Source: an uncultured bacterium
GTDB taxonomy: Bacteria > Abyssobacteria > SURF-5
Length of the DNA: 64,000 nucleotides
Reading direction: 5' to 3'
Assembly (NCBI GenBank): GCA_964453435.1
Contig: CAYVQZ010000011.1
Span: forward strand, 9,235 to 73,234
Shown here piece after piece: positions 19,061 to 28,655 of the stretch (position 1 is its first letter; each line of letters opens with the position of its first letter). The notes below the pieces were generated by a model. That model saw nothing but the letters and a program-made list of their open reading frames with translations. It was not told the origin of the DNA and did not search any database. The position numbers and the translations under genes are program-made.

Positions 19061-22000
19061 TTGTTTCTTTCTTTTATCGATGGAAGGGTGACGATTACAT
19101 TGCAACATTCCGAATTCGTACATCTGCATGTTCATACCGAATACAGCTTGCTCGACGGAGCGTGCAAGATACACAAATTACTGGACAGGGCGGCTGAGTA
19201 CAAAATGCCTGCAGTTGCGATCACCGACCACGGAAATATGTTCGGTGTGATCGACTTCTGCAACGCGGCAAGAAAACGCAGCATCAAGCCCATTGTCGGC
19301 TCGGAAATGTATGTCGCCAAAGGTAAGCGGTCGGACCGCAAATCCACAAACAAGTCAAGAGATTATCATCACCTTACCCTTCTCGTAAAAGACGAGCAGG
19401 GCTACAAGAACCTCATGTATCTGTCGACGCTCAGCTACCTGGAAGGGTTCTACTACAAACCCCGAATCGACAAAGAAATTCTCGGAGAGTATTCCAGCGG
19501 GCTTACCGCTTTGAGCGGTTGTCTCGAGGGAGAGCCTGCAAGCCTCCTCCTGCAAGGCAAAAAGGACATGGCCCTCGCCGCCGTGAGGAAGTATCAAGAG
19601 ATATTCGGAGCCGAGAACTATTTCATCGAAATTCAGGATAACGGGCTTGAAGAGCAGAAAAGGGTCATCCCTCATCTGCTGGACCTGGCAAAGGAAACCG
19701 GAGCGGGCCTTGTTGCCACAAACGACGTGCATTATGTGGACAAAGGCGATGCCATTGCGCAAGAGACCCTCATGTGCATTCAGACGAATACAACAATCAA
19801 AGACCCCAACAGGCTGCGCTTCGGCACGCAGGAGTTCTATTTCAAATCGCCGAAACACATGGCGGCTTTGTTCGAATGTATTCCGGAAGCGCTAGAAAAT
19901 TCCTTGGCCATTGCCGAACGATGCAACTATCAGCCGGGTGCGACCTCGCCCCAGCTTCCTCATTTCGAAGTGCCGCAGGGATATTCTCCGGACAGCTACC
20001 TGCGCGCATTGTGTGAGGAAGGCCTTCCTGAACGATACGCGCAAGTGACCGCGGAAATTCGGGACCGTCTCGAGATGGAGTTGGATGTCATTTCCAGAAT
20101 GGGATATTCCGGATACTTCCTGATCGTGTCCGATTTCGTTCGGTTCGCGCGGTCGCGAAAGATTCCCGTTGGACCGGGAAGAGGCTCCGCGGCGGGCAGC
20201 CTTGTGGCCTATCTGCTTCGCATAACAAACCTGGACCCGCTCAAGCACGGGCTCATCTTTGAACGGTTTCTGAACCCGGAGAGAATCTCGCTTCCCGATA
20301 TCGACATTGATTTCTGCTATGAGAGGCGAGGCGAGATAATCAATTATGTGATAGAGAAGTATCATAAGAATAATGTCGCCCAAATAATAACGTTCGGCAC
20401 GATGGCCGCAAAGGCCGCAATCCGCGATGTCGGACGCGCCCTCGGTCTCCCGTATGGGAGGGTTGACGAGATCGCAAAGCTTGTTCCCAACGAACTCAAC
20501 ATCACTCTGAAAGATTCAATCGAGCGAGTACCCGAGTTGCAACACAGTAGGAAGGAAGACCCCGAAGTCTCGCAGTTGCTGGAGATAGCACAGTCACTCG
20601 AGGGCGTTGCCCGGCATGCGTCCACTCACGCAGCCGGCGTTGTAATCTCCCCCAGGCCGATTTACGAGTTCGTCCCGCTCTATCAAAGCGGCTCCGGCGA
20701 CGTCACGACTCAGTACTCCATGACGAACCTCGAGGAAATCGGATTGCTGAAAATGGATTTTCTGGGCCTCAAGACGCTCACGGTGATCGACCAAACGATT
20801 TCATTGATCAGGGAAGAAACCGGAAAACCGCTCAATATCGATGAGGTTCAACTGGATGATGGGGCCACGTACGAACTCCTGAACAAAGCCCAAACACTCG
20901 GGGTGTTCCAACTGGAAAGTACGGGAATGCGCGACCTCGCCCGAAAAGTGGGCATCGATAATTTCGAGGACCTCGTCGCGCTCGTCGCGCTGTTTCGGCC
21001 CGGCCCAATGCACATGTTGCCCGACTACATCAAGCGCAAACACGGTGAGATCGAGATCACCTACGACGCTCCTGCCCTCGAGCCGATCCTGAAGGAAACG
21101 TATGGCGTCATGCTCTACCAGGAACAGGTCATGAAAATAGCGAGCGAAGTGGGCGGCTTCTCGATGAGCGAGGCCGACATCCTTCGAAAGGCAATGGGGA
21201 AGAAGATACCGGAGGTGATGGAAAAGTATCGGGAGGAGTTCGTAAAAAGGGCGTCGAAGAACGGCGTGTCTGCGGAGGTTGCCGAGCAGACTTACAAGAA
21301 GATGGCCCAGTTTGCCGGGTATGGCTTCAATAAATCGCACAGTGCGGCCTATGCGCTCATCGCATATCAAACCGCATACCTCAAAGCGAATTATCCCGTT
21401 CAGTATATGGCTGCCCTGTTAAGCAGCGAAGTGGGCAATACCGCAAAACTGGCGGCTTATATCGAAGAATGTCGCAGAATGAATATCCCCGTGTTGCCGC
21501 CCGACGTCAACGCCAGTCATCTGAAATTCACCGTGACCGACGGCAAAATTCGGTTCGGTCTCGCCGCGGTCAAGAACGTTGGCGAAAATGCTATCAAGGC
21601 AATTATTGAAGAGAGGTCAAATGCCGGCCCGTTTCGGTCGTTATTCGATTTTTGTTCCCGGGTCGGCGCGCGCCTCGTGAATAAACGGGTAATCGAAAGT
21701 CTTGTCAAATGCGGGGCGTTCGATACATTGGAAGAGAAAAGGAGCAGGCTTTTCGCTGCTATCGATGCTGCGCTCGAACAGGGGCAGACCGCGCAGCGCG
21801 ACAAGCAGATGGGACAGACGCTGCTGTTCGACATGGCGGAGGAGAAATCGTTCGCTCCGGCGGTTTATCCCGACGTGGAGGACTGGCCGGATTTCCTGAA
21901 ATTGAAATACGAGAAAGAAGTGCTCGGCCTTTTCATCTCGGGAAATCCACTGTCGCAGTATGGGGACCGGCTGCGCACGCTGACGACGTGCAGCTCGACC

Positions 22001-22549
22001 GAGCTCCCGAAGGCAAGCGAGGGCGCGACGGTTGTTGTGGGAGGAATGGTCGCAAAGATAAAGACCTATGTGCCAAAGCGAAAACAGGAGCGCATGGCGT
22101 TCGTCACGCTCGAAGACATGGATGGCTTTATGGAGGTTATCGTGTTCTCCGACCTGTTCAGTCGAAGCTCGAATCTGCTCCACGAGGATTCGCTCGTGAT
22201 GATCTCCGGACGGGTGAGCTACAAAGACACCGAGCCGAAAGTCATAGCCGAAAATATTGTTCCGATAACGAAGGCCGAAGAGGAGTTCGCTCGCGCCTCA
22301 CACATCAGATTCATGACAACCGCCATGGAGGAAAGCTCGCTCGAAGAGCTTGCCGAACTAATAGCCGCTCACAAGGGGAATTGCAAGTTATTTTTTCATT
22401 GCGTCACTCAGGATAACCACGAAGTGATCATCGAGTCCTCATTTGCCGGCGGCCTGAAACCCGGGCGCGAGACCAGAGAGCAGATAGAGGCTCTCATGGG
22501 GCAGGGCTCGATTTGGTTCAGTGCGAGCAGCGACGCAACATTTTCATGA
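19061..22549 (+). CDS. dnaE: DNA polymerase III subunit alpha
   Basis: 1162 aa. N-terminal PHP domain (HLHVHTEYSLLDGA). Polymerase core, OB fold and C-terminal tail. Confidence 0.95.
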   Translation: MFLSFIDGRVTITLQHSEFVHLHVHTEYSLLDGACKIHKLLDRAAEYKMPAVAITDHGNMFGVIDFCNAARKRSIKPIVGSEMYVAKGKRSDRKSTNKSRDYHHLTLLVKDEQGYKNLMYLSTLSYLEGFYYKPRIDKEILGEYSSGLTALSGCLEGEPASLLLQGKKDMALAAVRKYQEIFGAENYFIEIQDNGLEEQKRVIPHLLDLAKETGAGLVATNDVHYVDKGDAIAQETLMCIQTNTTIKDPNRLRFGTQEFYFKSPKHMAALFECIPEALENSLAIAERCNYQPGATSPQLPHFEVPQGYSPDSYLRALCEEGLPERYAQVTAEIRDRLEMELDVISRMGYSGYFLIVSDFVRFARSRKIPVGPGRGSAAGSLVAYLLRITNLDPLKHGLIFERFLNPERISLPDIDIDFCYERRGEIINYVIEKYHKNNVAQIITFGTMAAKAAIRDVGRALGLPYGRVDEIAKLVPNELNITLKDSIERVPELQHSRKEDPEVSQLLEIAQSLEGVARHASTHAAGVVISPRPIYEFVPLYQSGSGDVTTQYSMTNLEEIGLLKMDFLGLKTLTVIDQTISLIREETGKPLNIDEVQLDDGATYELLNKAQTLGVFQLESTGMRDLARKVGIDNFEDLVALVALFRPGPMHMLPDYIKRKHGEIEITYDAPALEPILKETYGVMLYQEQVMKIASEVGGFSMSEADILRKAMGKKIPEVMEKYREEFVKRASKNGVSAEVAEQTYKKMAQFAGYGFNKSHSAAYALIAYQTAYLKANYPVQYMAALLSSEVGNTAKLAAYIEECRRMNIPVLPPDVNASHLKFTVTDGKIRFGLAAVKNVGENAIKAIIEERSNAGPFRSLFDFCSRVGARLVNKRVIESLVKCGAFDTLEEKRSRLFAAIDAALEQGQTAQRDKQMGQTLLFDMAEEKSFAPAVYPDVEDWPDFLKLKYEKEVLGLFISGNPLSQYGDRLRTLTTCSSTELPKASEGATVVVGGMVAKIKTYVPKRKQERMAFVTLEDMDGFMEVIVFSDLFSRSSNLLHEDSLVMISGRVSYKDTEPKVIAENIVPITKAEEEFARASHIRFMTTAMEESSLEELAELIAAHKGNCKLFFHCVTQDNHEVIIESSFAGGLKPGRETREQIEALMGQGSIWFSASSDATFS

Positions 22550-22552
22550 TGT

Positions 22553-22593
22553 CCGGCTTTCTCCGCCCCGGAGGCGCATCACGGTTTTTTTTT
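22553..22593 (+). terminator. Possible intrinsic terminator after dnaE
   Basis: GC hairpin CTCCGCCCCGGAG followed, after ~11 nt, by a 9-T run. The hairpin-to-T-tract spacing is atypical. Confidence 0.3.
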
Positions 22594-22620
22594 GACAATA
22601 ACTCTTCACGGTGTTATATT
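22592..22620 (+). promoter_or_regulatory. Sigma-70-like promoter (TTGACA - 17 nt - TATATT) upstream of the outer-membrane protein gene
   Basis: Near-consensus hexamers with optimal spacing, read directly from the sequence. Confidence 0.45.
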
Positions 22621-22726
22621 CTTCCCCCAGTTGTTCCTGTCTTGCGTTAATACGGCAAACACGCGGAAGAAGGCCGACCGGTGATTGCGACCAGCGGCGG
22701 AATCATTGAGTTGAAAGGAACGAGGA

Positions 22727-24415
22727 ATGCGAGCGATAGCGGTGTCCGTATGTTTGTCGTTCATTCTGTTATCACCTTCCTTCGCCCATCCATTGGCCCA
22801 AGAGTATCACATGTTGGACACCGAGGAAGCTTTTACGATCGGTCAGGGAAATTTCCGAACCGATGTCGAGTTTGGAGTTACCAAGCAGCCCGACGCGTCG
22901 GAGCTTTATAACATTCCCCGCTTCCGTCTCATCTACGGATTAAGCGAGTGGGCCGATATCGAATTCGAGTACGATTACCTCATCCTCAGGGACGGCGATT
23001 TCGTCGACTTCAGCAGCGGAGTTCGCAAGGAAAGCTACGATGAGGAGGGAACAGGCGACCTCAGGATAAAAGTCAAAGTCGTGCCCTGCGAATTTGGTAT
23101 CCACCGTCTCGGGATTCAAGGCATAGCAAAGCTGCCGATGGCGGAACAAGACAAGGGCTTGGGGACGAATGAAACAGATTTCACATGGCAAATTCTGTTT
23201 TCCAGCGATTGGGGGCTTCTAAAAACCCATCTCAACGCCGGATTTGCCGTGATAGGCGACCCCTCTCGAAACGGGAATCAAAACGATTCACTTGTCTGGG
23301 GTGTCGGCGGCGAGTACGCGTTGACCGATTCGTTAACGCTCATGGCGGAAATAGAAGGTTCCACGGATGCCGAGCAGAGCACCGTTGGGTCCACCGAGAG
23401 CGTTGCCGAGAGTTCGGAGGGAGACGCGCGTGCGCGGGTACGGCTCGCGTTGACCGGACCTATTGGCGCTTGGAGATGGGGCGCAAGTGGTTTTAAAGGG
23501 GTAAACGGTCATACCGAAGACTGGGGCGTTCAGGTCGGCATGAGCAAAACGTGGGGACTCGGCGGGCCGACCGACCAGGCGACTCCGCCCGCAAGGGAAA
23601 AAGGCAAAGCGGCGGTTAAGTCATATTATAATCCTCTCAAGACAGAGGAAGCATACACAATCGGTGAGCGAAACTTCCGTTCCGAACTCGGGTTCGGATA
23701 CGTCAACCAGCCGGATGATTCCGATTTATACATCATGCCGGATGTGGTGTTGGGATGGGGCATCGGACCATGGGCGGATTTGGAAGTCGGCGTACAGTAT
23801 CTTTTTGTTGAGGACACCGCCACGTTTGACGCTGACGGGTCTGTTTTGAACGACGACATCGACAAGGACGGAATCGGCGATGTGCGGGTGAAAGTCAAGC
23901 TCTCTCCCTTTGGCTGCAGATACGGAAGACTGGGCCTTCACCTTGTTACAAAGGTTCCGAGCGCGGATGATGACCATGCCCTCGGTACGGACGAAACCGA
24001 TTTTATAGCAAAAGGACTGTTCTCCACCGATTGGCATCAGGTTTTTGGAAACTCGCTCCTCGGGCGGCTGAAAACGCACGTGAATGCCGGCGTCGCGGTT
24101 CAGTCCGACCGCCGGCAGGTTGGCGCCCAGCAAGATTATCTGGTGTGGGGAGTAGCCGGAGAGTACGGTGTAACGCGCGTGCTTACTCTATGGGCGGAAG
24201 TTGAAGGGGCGACCAACGGAAGGAACACCAGAAATATTTCCGAGGGCGATTTCGGAAATGCACATGCCGAAGCGCGTCTCGGACTCACGGGGCCCATGCC
24301 TCACATCGGCTTCCTGCACGATTGGAAATGGGGCGCCTCCGCGTCCGTGGGGTTGAATAACCATTCGCGCGATTGGACCGCCAACCTGGGATTCAGTCAT
24401 ACGTGGGGAGAATAA
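22727..24415 (+). CDS. Secreted, likely outer-membrane beta-barrel protein with internal tandem duplication (transporter-like, MetA/phenol-degradation-pathway-like family suspected)
   Basis: 562 aa. Signal peptide MRAIAVSVCLSFILLSPSFA. Two homologous ~280-aa halves: EEAFTIGQGNFRTDVEF...DLRIKVKV...LGTNETDF...LKTHLNAGFAV...LVWGVGGEYALT...LMAEIEGST versus EEAYTIGERNFRSELGF...DVRVKVKL...LGTDETDF...LKTHVNAGVAV...LVWGVAGEYGVT...LWAEVEGAT. Alternating hydrophobic pattern and aromatic C-terminus (SHTWGE). Confidence 0.5.
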   Translation: MRAIAVSVCLSFILLSPSFAHPLAQEYHMLDTEEAFTIGQGNFRTDVEFGVTKQPDASELYNIPRFRLIYGLSEWADIEFEYDYLILRDGDFVDFSSGVRKESYDEEGTGDLRIKVKVVPCEFGIHRLGIQGIAKLPMAEQDKGLGTNETDFTWQILFSSDWGLLKTHLNAGFAVIGDPSRNGNQNDSLVWGVGGEYALTDSLTLMAEIEGSTDAEQSTVGSTESVAESSEGDARARVRLALTGPIGAWRWGASGFKGVNGHTEDWGVQVGMSKTWGLGGPTDQATPPAREKGKAAVKSYYNPLKTEEAYTIGERNFRSELGFGYVNQPDDSDLYIMPDVVLGWGIGPWADLEVGVQYLFVEDTATFDADGSVLNDDIDKDGIGDVRVKVKLSPFGCRYGRLGLHLVTKVPSADDDHALGTDETDFIAKGLFSTDWHQVFGNSLLGRLKTHVNAGVAVQSDRRQVGAQQDYLVWGVAGEYGVTRVLTLWAEVEGATNGRNTRNISEGDFGNAHAEARLGLTGPMPHIGFLHDWKWGASASVGLNNHSRDWTANLGFSHTWGE

Positions 24416-24695
24416 ATCCTCCGGGAAGGGACTGGTTGGCAAGAGCCCTTCGCCGCCTCCTGAAACAAACCGCGTCTTCGTGCTGGTCTTTCTCCGCGTC
24501 CTTGTCTGATTCGGTCGTGTTGTGCAAAAAGACTGTTTTTTTTCATAGTATCTTCGCTTCGTTCCCGGCGCAGTCCTCTCTTCGTCCGTTCAGATTGCCG
24601 CTTGAGTTTTCATGGGCGTTCCCCTATAATAAAAACAAAATTATAGTCCTTTGAATGCAAAAGGGTTACGACATTTGCAGCGCGAAGGGAGGTAG

Positions 24696-25592
24696 ATGAA
24701 ACGCCTGATTCTGGGGGGGGTGGCGGCGGCGCTGATATTCATTTTTACGAGGTTGTCACCCGCAGCCGCCGGCCGCATCGGGATTATAATAGGCGACATA
24801 GCGAGGATGGTGGATAAGCGCCACCGTGTCGTTGCGCGCAAGAATCTCAGAATGGCCTTTGGCGGGCAGAAGTCCGAGGCCGAGATAAACCAGATAATCA
24901 AAGAAGTCTTCCGAAATATCGGTCAGACCGCGACGGAATTTTTTCAAATCCCCGCTCTAACATACGAGAAAGCGCGCGCGATCATCACTCCGGAGTTTCG
25001 CGAGCGATTAGATGACTGCCTCAGAGCCGGGAAGGGGATCGTGCTCGTTGCGTCACATTTCGGCAACTGGGAACTCATGGCGGCTGCGGGCGCAGTGGCG
25101 GGATACAAGATATCGGCGGTAGTGCGGCCGCTCGATGACCCGGTTCTGGAGGAGATCGTGCAGGAGACCAGAGAATCTTCCGGGTTACGCATTATTCCGC
25201 GTCGCATCTCGGCTCTGGCAGCCGTCCGGCGGCTGAAACAAAACGAGATCGTCGGCATCCTTGCCGACCAGAACACGCGGAAACAGAATGTATTCGTCGA
25301 TTTCTTTGGTATAAAGACCGCCACCACGCCGGGACCCGCGTTGCTTGCTCTGAGAACCGGCGCAATTCTGTTGCCTGTTTTTATGATGCGAGAGGGACCC
25401 GGCAAACACAGATTGATTGTCGAAAAACCGATCGCGGTCGTTCGCAGCGGCGACGAGGAATCCGATGTCGTTGCAACGACCCAAAAATGTGCTGATATTC
25501 TGGAAGAGTATGTGCGGAGGTTCCCGTCCCAATGGTTGTGGGTCCACCGGCGGTGGCGCACCAGGCCCCCCGGCGAGGAGCCCACGTACTGA
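24696..25592 (+). CDS. Lipid A biosynthesis late (lauroyl/myristoyl) acyltransferase, LpxL/HtrB family
   Basis: 298 aa. N-terminal transmembrane anchor. HFGNWE matches the HX4D/E catalytic motif of lysophospholipid/lipid A acyltransferases. Confidence 0.7.
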   Translation: MKRLILGGVAAALIFIFTRLSPAAAGRIGIIIGDIARMVDKRHRVVARKNLRMAFGGQKSEAEINQIIKEVFRNIGQTATEFFQIPALTYEKARAIITPEFRERLDDCLRAGKGIVLVASHFGNWELMAAAGAVAGYKISAVVRPLDDPVLEEIVQETRESSGLRIIPRRISALAAVRRLKQNEIVGILADQNTRKQNVFVDFFGIKTATTPGPALLALRTGAILLPVFMMREGPGKHRLIVEKPIAVVRSGDEESDVVATTQKCADILEEYVRRFPSQWLWVHRRWRTRPPGEEPTY

Positions 25593-25613
25593 GCGAATCG
25601 CAGAGGAAAATCA

Positions 25614-26570
25614 ATGAGAGAGGGCAAGGACTTCAAGCCGGCTGATCTCAATCGAGTTCGTACGCACAGCATACATGGCAGAAAAACGAAGGTATCCGTG
25701 CGTCAATTTGCCTCGGCGCCTCCGCCTCATGCGGGATTTGCGGAATTTATCGGGTCACTTCCCGACGTGTTGGCGGCCTCGAACCTGAAACGGGTCATCC
25801 GCGATATTGTCTCCGCAAAGAAAAAAGGCAGGCCGATAGTTGCCGCGCTCGGAGGCCATGTGGTGAAATGCGGGCTTGGCCCGGTGCTCGTCGATTTGAT
25901 GGAGAGAGGCTTCATCACGGCGGTGGCGATGCATGGCGCCACTGCGATACATGATTACGAAATCTCGCTCGTGGGACGAACCTCCGAAGATGTCGCAACC
26001 GTTTTGAAAGATGGCTCATTCGGGATGGCGCGCGAAACTCCGGCAGCGTTCAAACGCGCTGCCGAGGAAGCCGCACACAGAGAGCTCGGACTCGGGAAGT
26101 CCCTCGGAAAGTTGATCCTCTCCGAAGAAACCCCTTGCCGTGAGCACAGTGTTTTGGCCGCGGCAGCCAGGCTCGGGCTGCCCGCCGCCGTGCTGCTGGC
26201 TCTCGGGACCGATACCATCTGTATGCATCCCGACTTCTGTCCCGATACGCTGGCACGCGCCAGTCATCTCGATTTCCGCATCCTCGTGTCCGTTGTGTCC
26301 CGGTTGGAGGGCGGCGTCTGGATGAATATCGGGTCTGCCGTTGTTTTACCCGAAGTCTTCCTCAAGGCACTCAGCCTCGCACGCAATCTTGGCTCAAAAG
26401 TCGAGAAATTCACAGCAGTCAATTTAGACATGCGCCAGCACTATCGCCCGAACACGAACGTCGTTGGTCGGTCTACCAGGCAAGGGTATTCCATTACCGG
26501 CCATCACGAGATCATGCTTCCGCTTTTGCGCATGGGGATCATTTCGGCGGCCGAGAGGAAAACCAAATGA
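25614..26570 (+). CDS. Deoxyhypusine synthase-like (DHS fold) protein, divergent paralog
   Basis: 318 aa. The segment KKKGRPIVAALGGHVVKCGLGPVLVDLMERGFITAVAMHGATAIHDYE aligns to the DHS NAD-binding core, cf. CTIIVTLSGAMTIAKMGKVLCEMIDEGMAHIIVSTGALMAHG in the second paralog at 33820-34890. Only 22 bp downstream of the acyltransferase, and it overlaps hldE by 4 nt. Confidence 0.5.
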   Translation: MREGKDFKPADLNRVRTHSIHGRKTKVSVRQFASAPPPHAGFAEFIGSLPDVLAASNLKRVIRDIVSAKKKGRPIVAALGGHVVKCGLGPVLVDLMERGFITAVAMHGATAIHDYEISLVGRTSEDVATVLKDGSFGMARETPAAFKRAAEEAAHRELGLGKSLGKLILSEETPCREHSVLAAAARLGLPAAVLLALGTDTICMHPDFCPDTLARASHLDFRILVSVVSRLEGGVWMNIGSAVVLPEVFLKALSLARNLGSKVEKFTAVNLDMRQHYRPNTNVVGRSTRQGYSITGHHEIMLPLLRMGIISAAERKTK

Positions 26571-28069
26571 AAGCACAACTTCTGACGCTGCTCGAGTCGA
26601 TTCGCGCTCCGAATGTCCTGGTTGTCGGAGACATGATGCTCGATGTCTACGTATGGGGCCATGTCGACCGAATTTCGCCCGAAGCTCCGATCCAGGTGCT
26701 GAAGGTGGAATCGGAAGAACCGCGACCCGGCGGGGCAGGGAATGTAGCAAATAATCTCGTTGCATTGGGAGCACATGTCTCATGCTGTGCGGTTGTCGGC
26801 GATGACCACAATGGCCGCTCGCTGTGTCGGATGCTCGAGAAAATGGGAATCGACTCCTCCGGCGTATTGCGCGACAAGGCCAGGCCGACCACGGTGAAAA
26901 CGAGAATGATCGCCCACGGCCAACAGCTGCTCCGGGTCGACCGCGAAGATGACTGCCCGCTCGATAAAGGTCTCGGGGAAAAAATGATTCAACACATCGA
27001 GGACCGCCTTCCGTGGTGCGATGTGGCGCTGCTTTCTGATTACGCAAAAGGGACGATTCCCGACCGCTTGCTCACGGAGATTCTCGCGCGTTGCAAGAAG
27101 GGGAAAAAACCTGTCTTGATCGACCCATCACGGCATCGTAATTACCGTCTTTATAACGGGTGCACCGTATTGAAACCAAACAGAGCCGAAGCGGAGTCGG
27201 CCGCCGGCGTCAAGATAGAGAACGAGAAGTCACTGAAAGCGGCGGCTGCAAAAATCATGAACACGAGCAAGCCCTCCTATCTCGTGATAACCCGAGGCAG
27301 CGAGGGGATGACCATCTTCGACGGTTCAAACGCGCCTCAGCACATAGCCGGTTTAAGCCGCACTGTTTTCGACATAACCGGCGCCGGCGACACCGTTCTC
27401 TCCCTGCTCGGGTTTGTTCTCGCCGGCGGAGGAACAATGCGCGAAGCGGCCGAGATCGCCAATGTGGCAGCCGGGATATCCGTTGGCAAGGTCGGCGCCG
27501 TCCCGGTGTCGAAAACCGAGATTATCGGGGATTTGTTGAGCGTGCAGCACATGGCGTCGCACAAGCTGAAGTCGTTCGATGAGATCGAGTCCGTCTGCAA
27601 GGAGCATCGCCGGCAAAAAGAGAAAATTGTCTTTGCCAACGGATGTTTTGACTTGCTCCATGCCGGCCATATCAAGTTGTTCCAGTTTGCGAAAAACATG
27701 GGCGAGGTTCTCGTTGTCGGTTTGAACTCGGACGAATCGGTCAGAAAACTGAAGGGGCCCGGAAGACCTGTCCTGGGACAGAATGAACGCTCTTTTCTGC
27801 TCTCCGCCCTCGAACACGTTGACTACGTTGTGGTATTCGAAGAAAGGACACCTCTCAAACTGATTAGGAAAATAAGGCCCGATGTCCTCGTGAAGGGAGC
27901 GGACTACACGAAAGACACCGTGGTAGGGCGGGAATTCGTCGAGTCATACGGCGGACGAGTCGAACTTGCGCCTCTTGTTGACGGCGTGTCCAGTTCGGAT
28001 ATCATGTCGCGGATCGCCGGTCATGGCAAGGATACCCGAAAGCAGGGAATTGGGAAAAAATATGAATGA
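26567..28069 (+). CDS. hldE: Bifunctional D-glycero-beta-D-manno-heptose-7-phosphate kinase / D-glycero-beta-D-manno-heptose-1-phosphate adenylyltransferase
   Basis: 500 aa. N-terminal pfkB carbohydrate kinase domain. C-terminal cytidylyltransferase domain (VFANGCFDLLHAGHIKLFQFAK). Confidence 0.9.
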   Translation: MKAQLLTLLESIRAPNVLVVGDMMLDVYVWGHVDRISPEAPIQVLKVESEEPRPGGAGNVANNLVALGAHVSCCAVVGDDHNGRSLCRMLEKMGIDSSGVLRDKARPTTVKTRMIAHGQQLLRVDREDDCPLDKGLGEKMIQHIEDRLPWCDVALLSDYAKGTIPDRLLTEILARCKKGKKPVLIDPSRHRNYRLYNGCTVLKPNRAEAESAAGVKIENEKSLKAAAAKIMNTSKPSYLVITRGSEGMTIFDGSNAPQHIAGLSRTVFDITGAGDTVLSLLGFVLAGGGTMREAAEIANVAAGISVGKVGAVPVSKTEIIGDLLSVQHMASHKLKSFDEIESVCKEHRRQKEKIVFANGCFDLLHAGHIKLFQFAKNMGEVLVVGLNSDESVRKLKGPGRPVLGQNERSFLLSALEHVDYVVVFEERTPLKLIRKIRPDVLVKGADYTKDTVVGREFVESYGGRVELAPLVDGVSSSDIMSRIAGHGKDTRKQGIGKKYE

Positions 28070-28655
28070 TGTGGCGGTGTTTCTCGATCGTGACGGAACG
28101 CTTAACGAGGAACGAGGCTATCTCAATCATCCTGACAATCTGTATCTTATTGACGGCGCGGCGGAAGCCGTTGCCCTGCTGAATCGCTATGGCCTCAGAG
28201 CAATTGTGGCGACCAATCAGTCCGGGGTCGCTCGAGGATATTTCCCGGAAGCGTTACTTTCGCGGCTCCATGAAAAACTGCAGGGGCTTCTGGAGGAGAG
28301 GGGTGCGAAGTTGGACGCGGTCTACTATTGCCCCCACCATCCCGAGGTTGGCGAGCCGCCATACCGGCAGACGTGCGAGTGCAGAAAACCAGCGGTCGGA
28401 ATGATTCGCAGGGCTGAACGGGAGTTCTCGGTCGACGCCTCCCGGTCATACGTGGTCGGCGATAAACTCAGCGACATCGAATTCGGCAAGGGCGCAGGAT
28501 GCAAGTCCGTCCTTGTCCTGACCGGCTACGGGAAAGGCGAGTGGGAATTCAACCGGCGCCAGTTGAACTGCGCGCCGGACCATGTTGCCGCCGATATTCT
28601 GGACGCTTCAAAGTGGATTGTTGGCGACGTGGAAGCACAGAAACGACGGAAATGA
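28062..28655 (+). CDS. gmhB: D-glycero-D-manno-heptose 1,7-bisphosphate phosphatase (HAD family)
   Basis: 197 aa from ATG 28062. HAD motif FLDRDGTLN and Zn-binding CxH...CxC (YYCPHHPEVGE...CECRKP). Overlaps the hldE stop. Confidence 0.85.
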   Translation: MNDVAVFLDRDGTLNEERGYLNHPDNLYLIDGAAEAVALLNRYGLRAIVATNQSGVARGYFPEALLSRLHEKLQGLLEERGAKLDAVYYCPHHPEVGEPPYRQTCECRKPAVGMIRRAEREFSVDASRSYVVGDKLSDIEFGKGAGCKSVLVLTGYGKGEWEFNRRQLNCAPDHVAADILDASKWIVGDVEAQKRRK

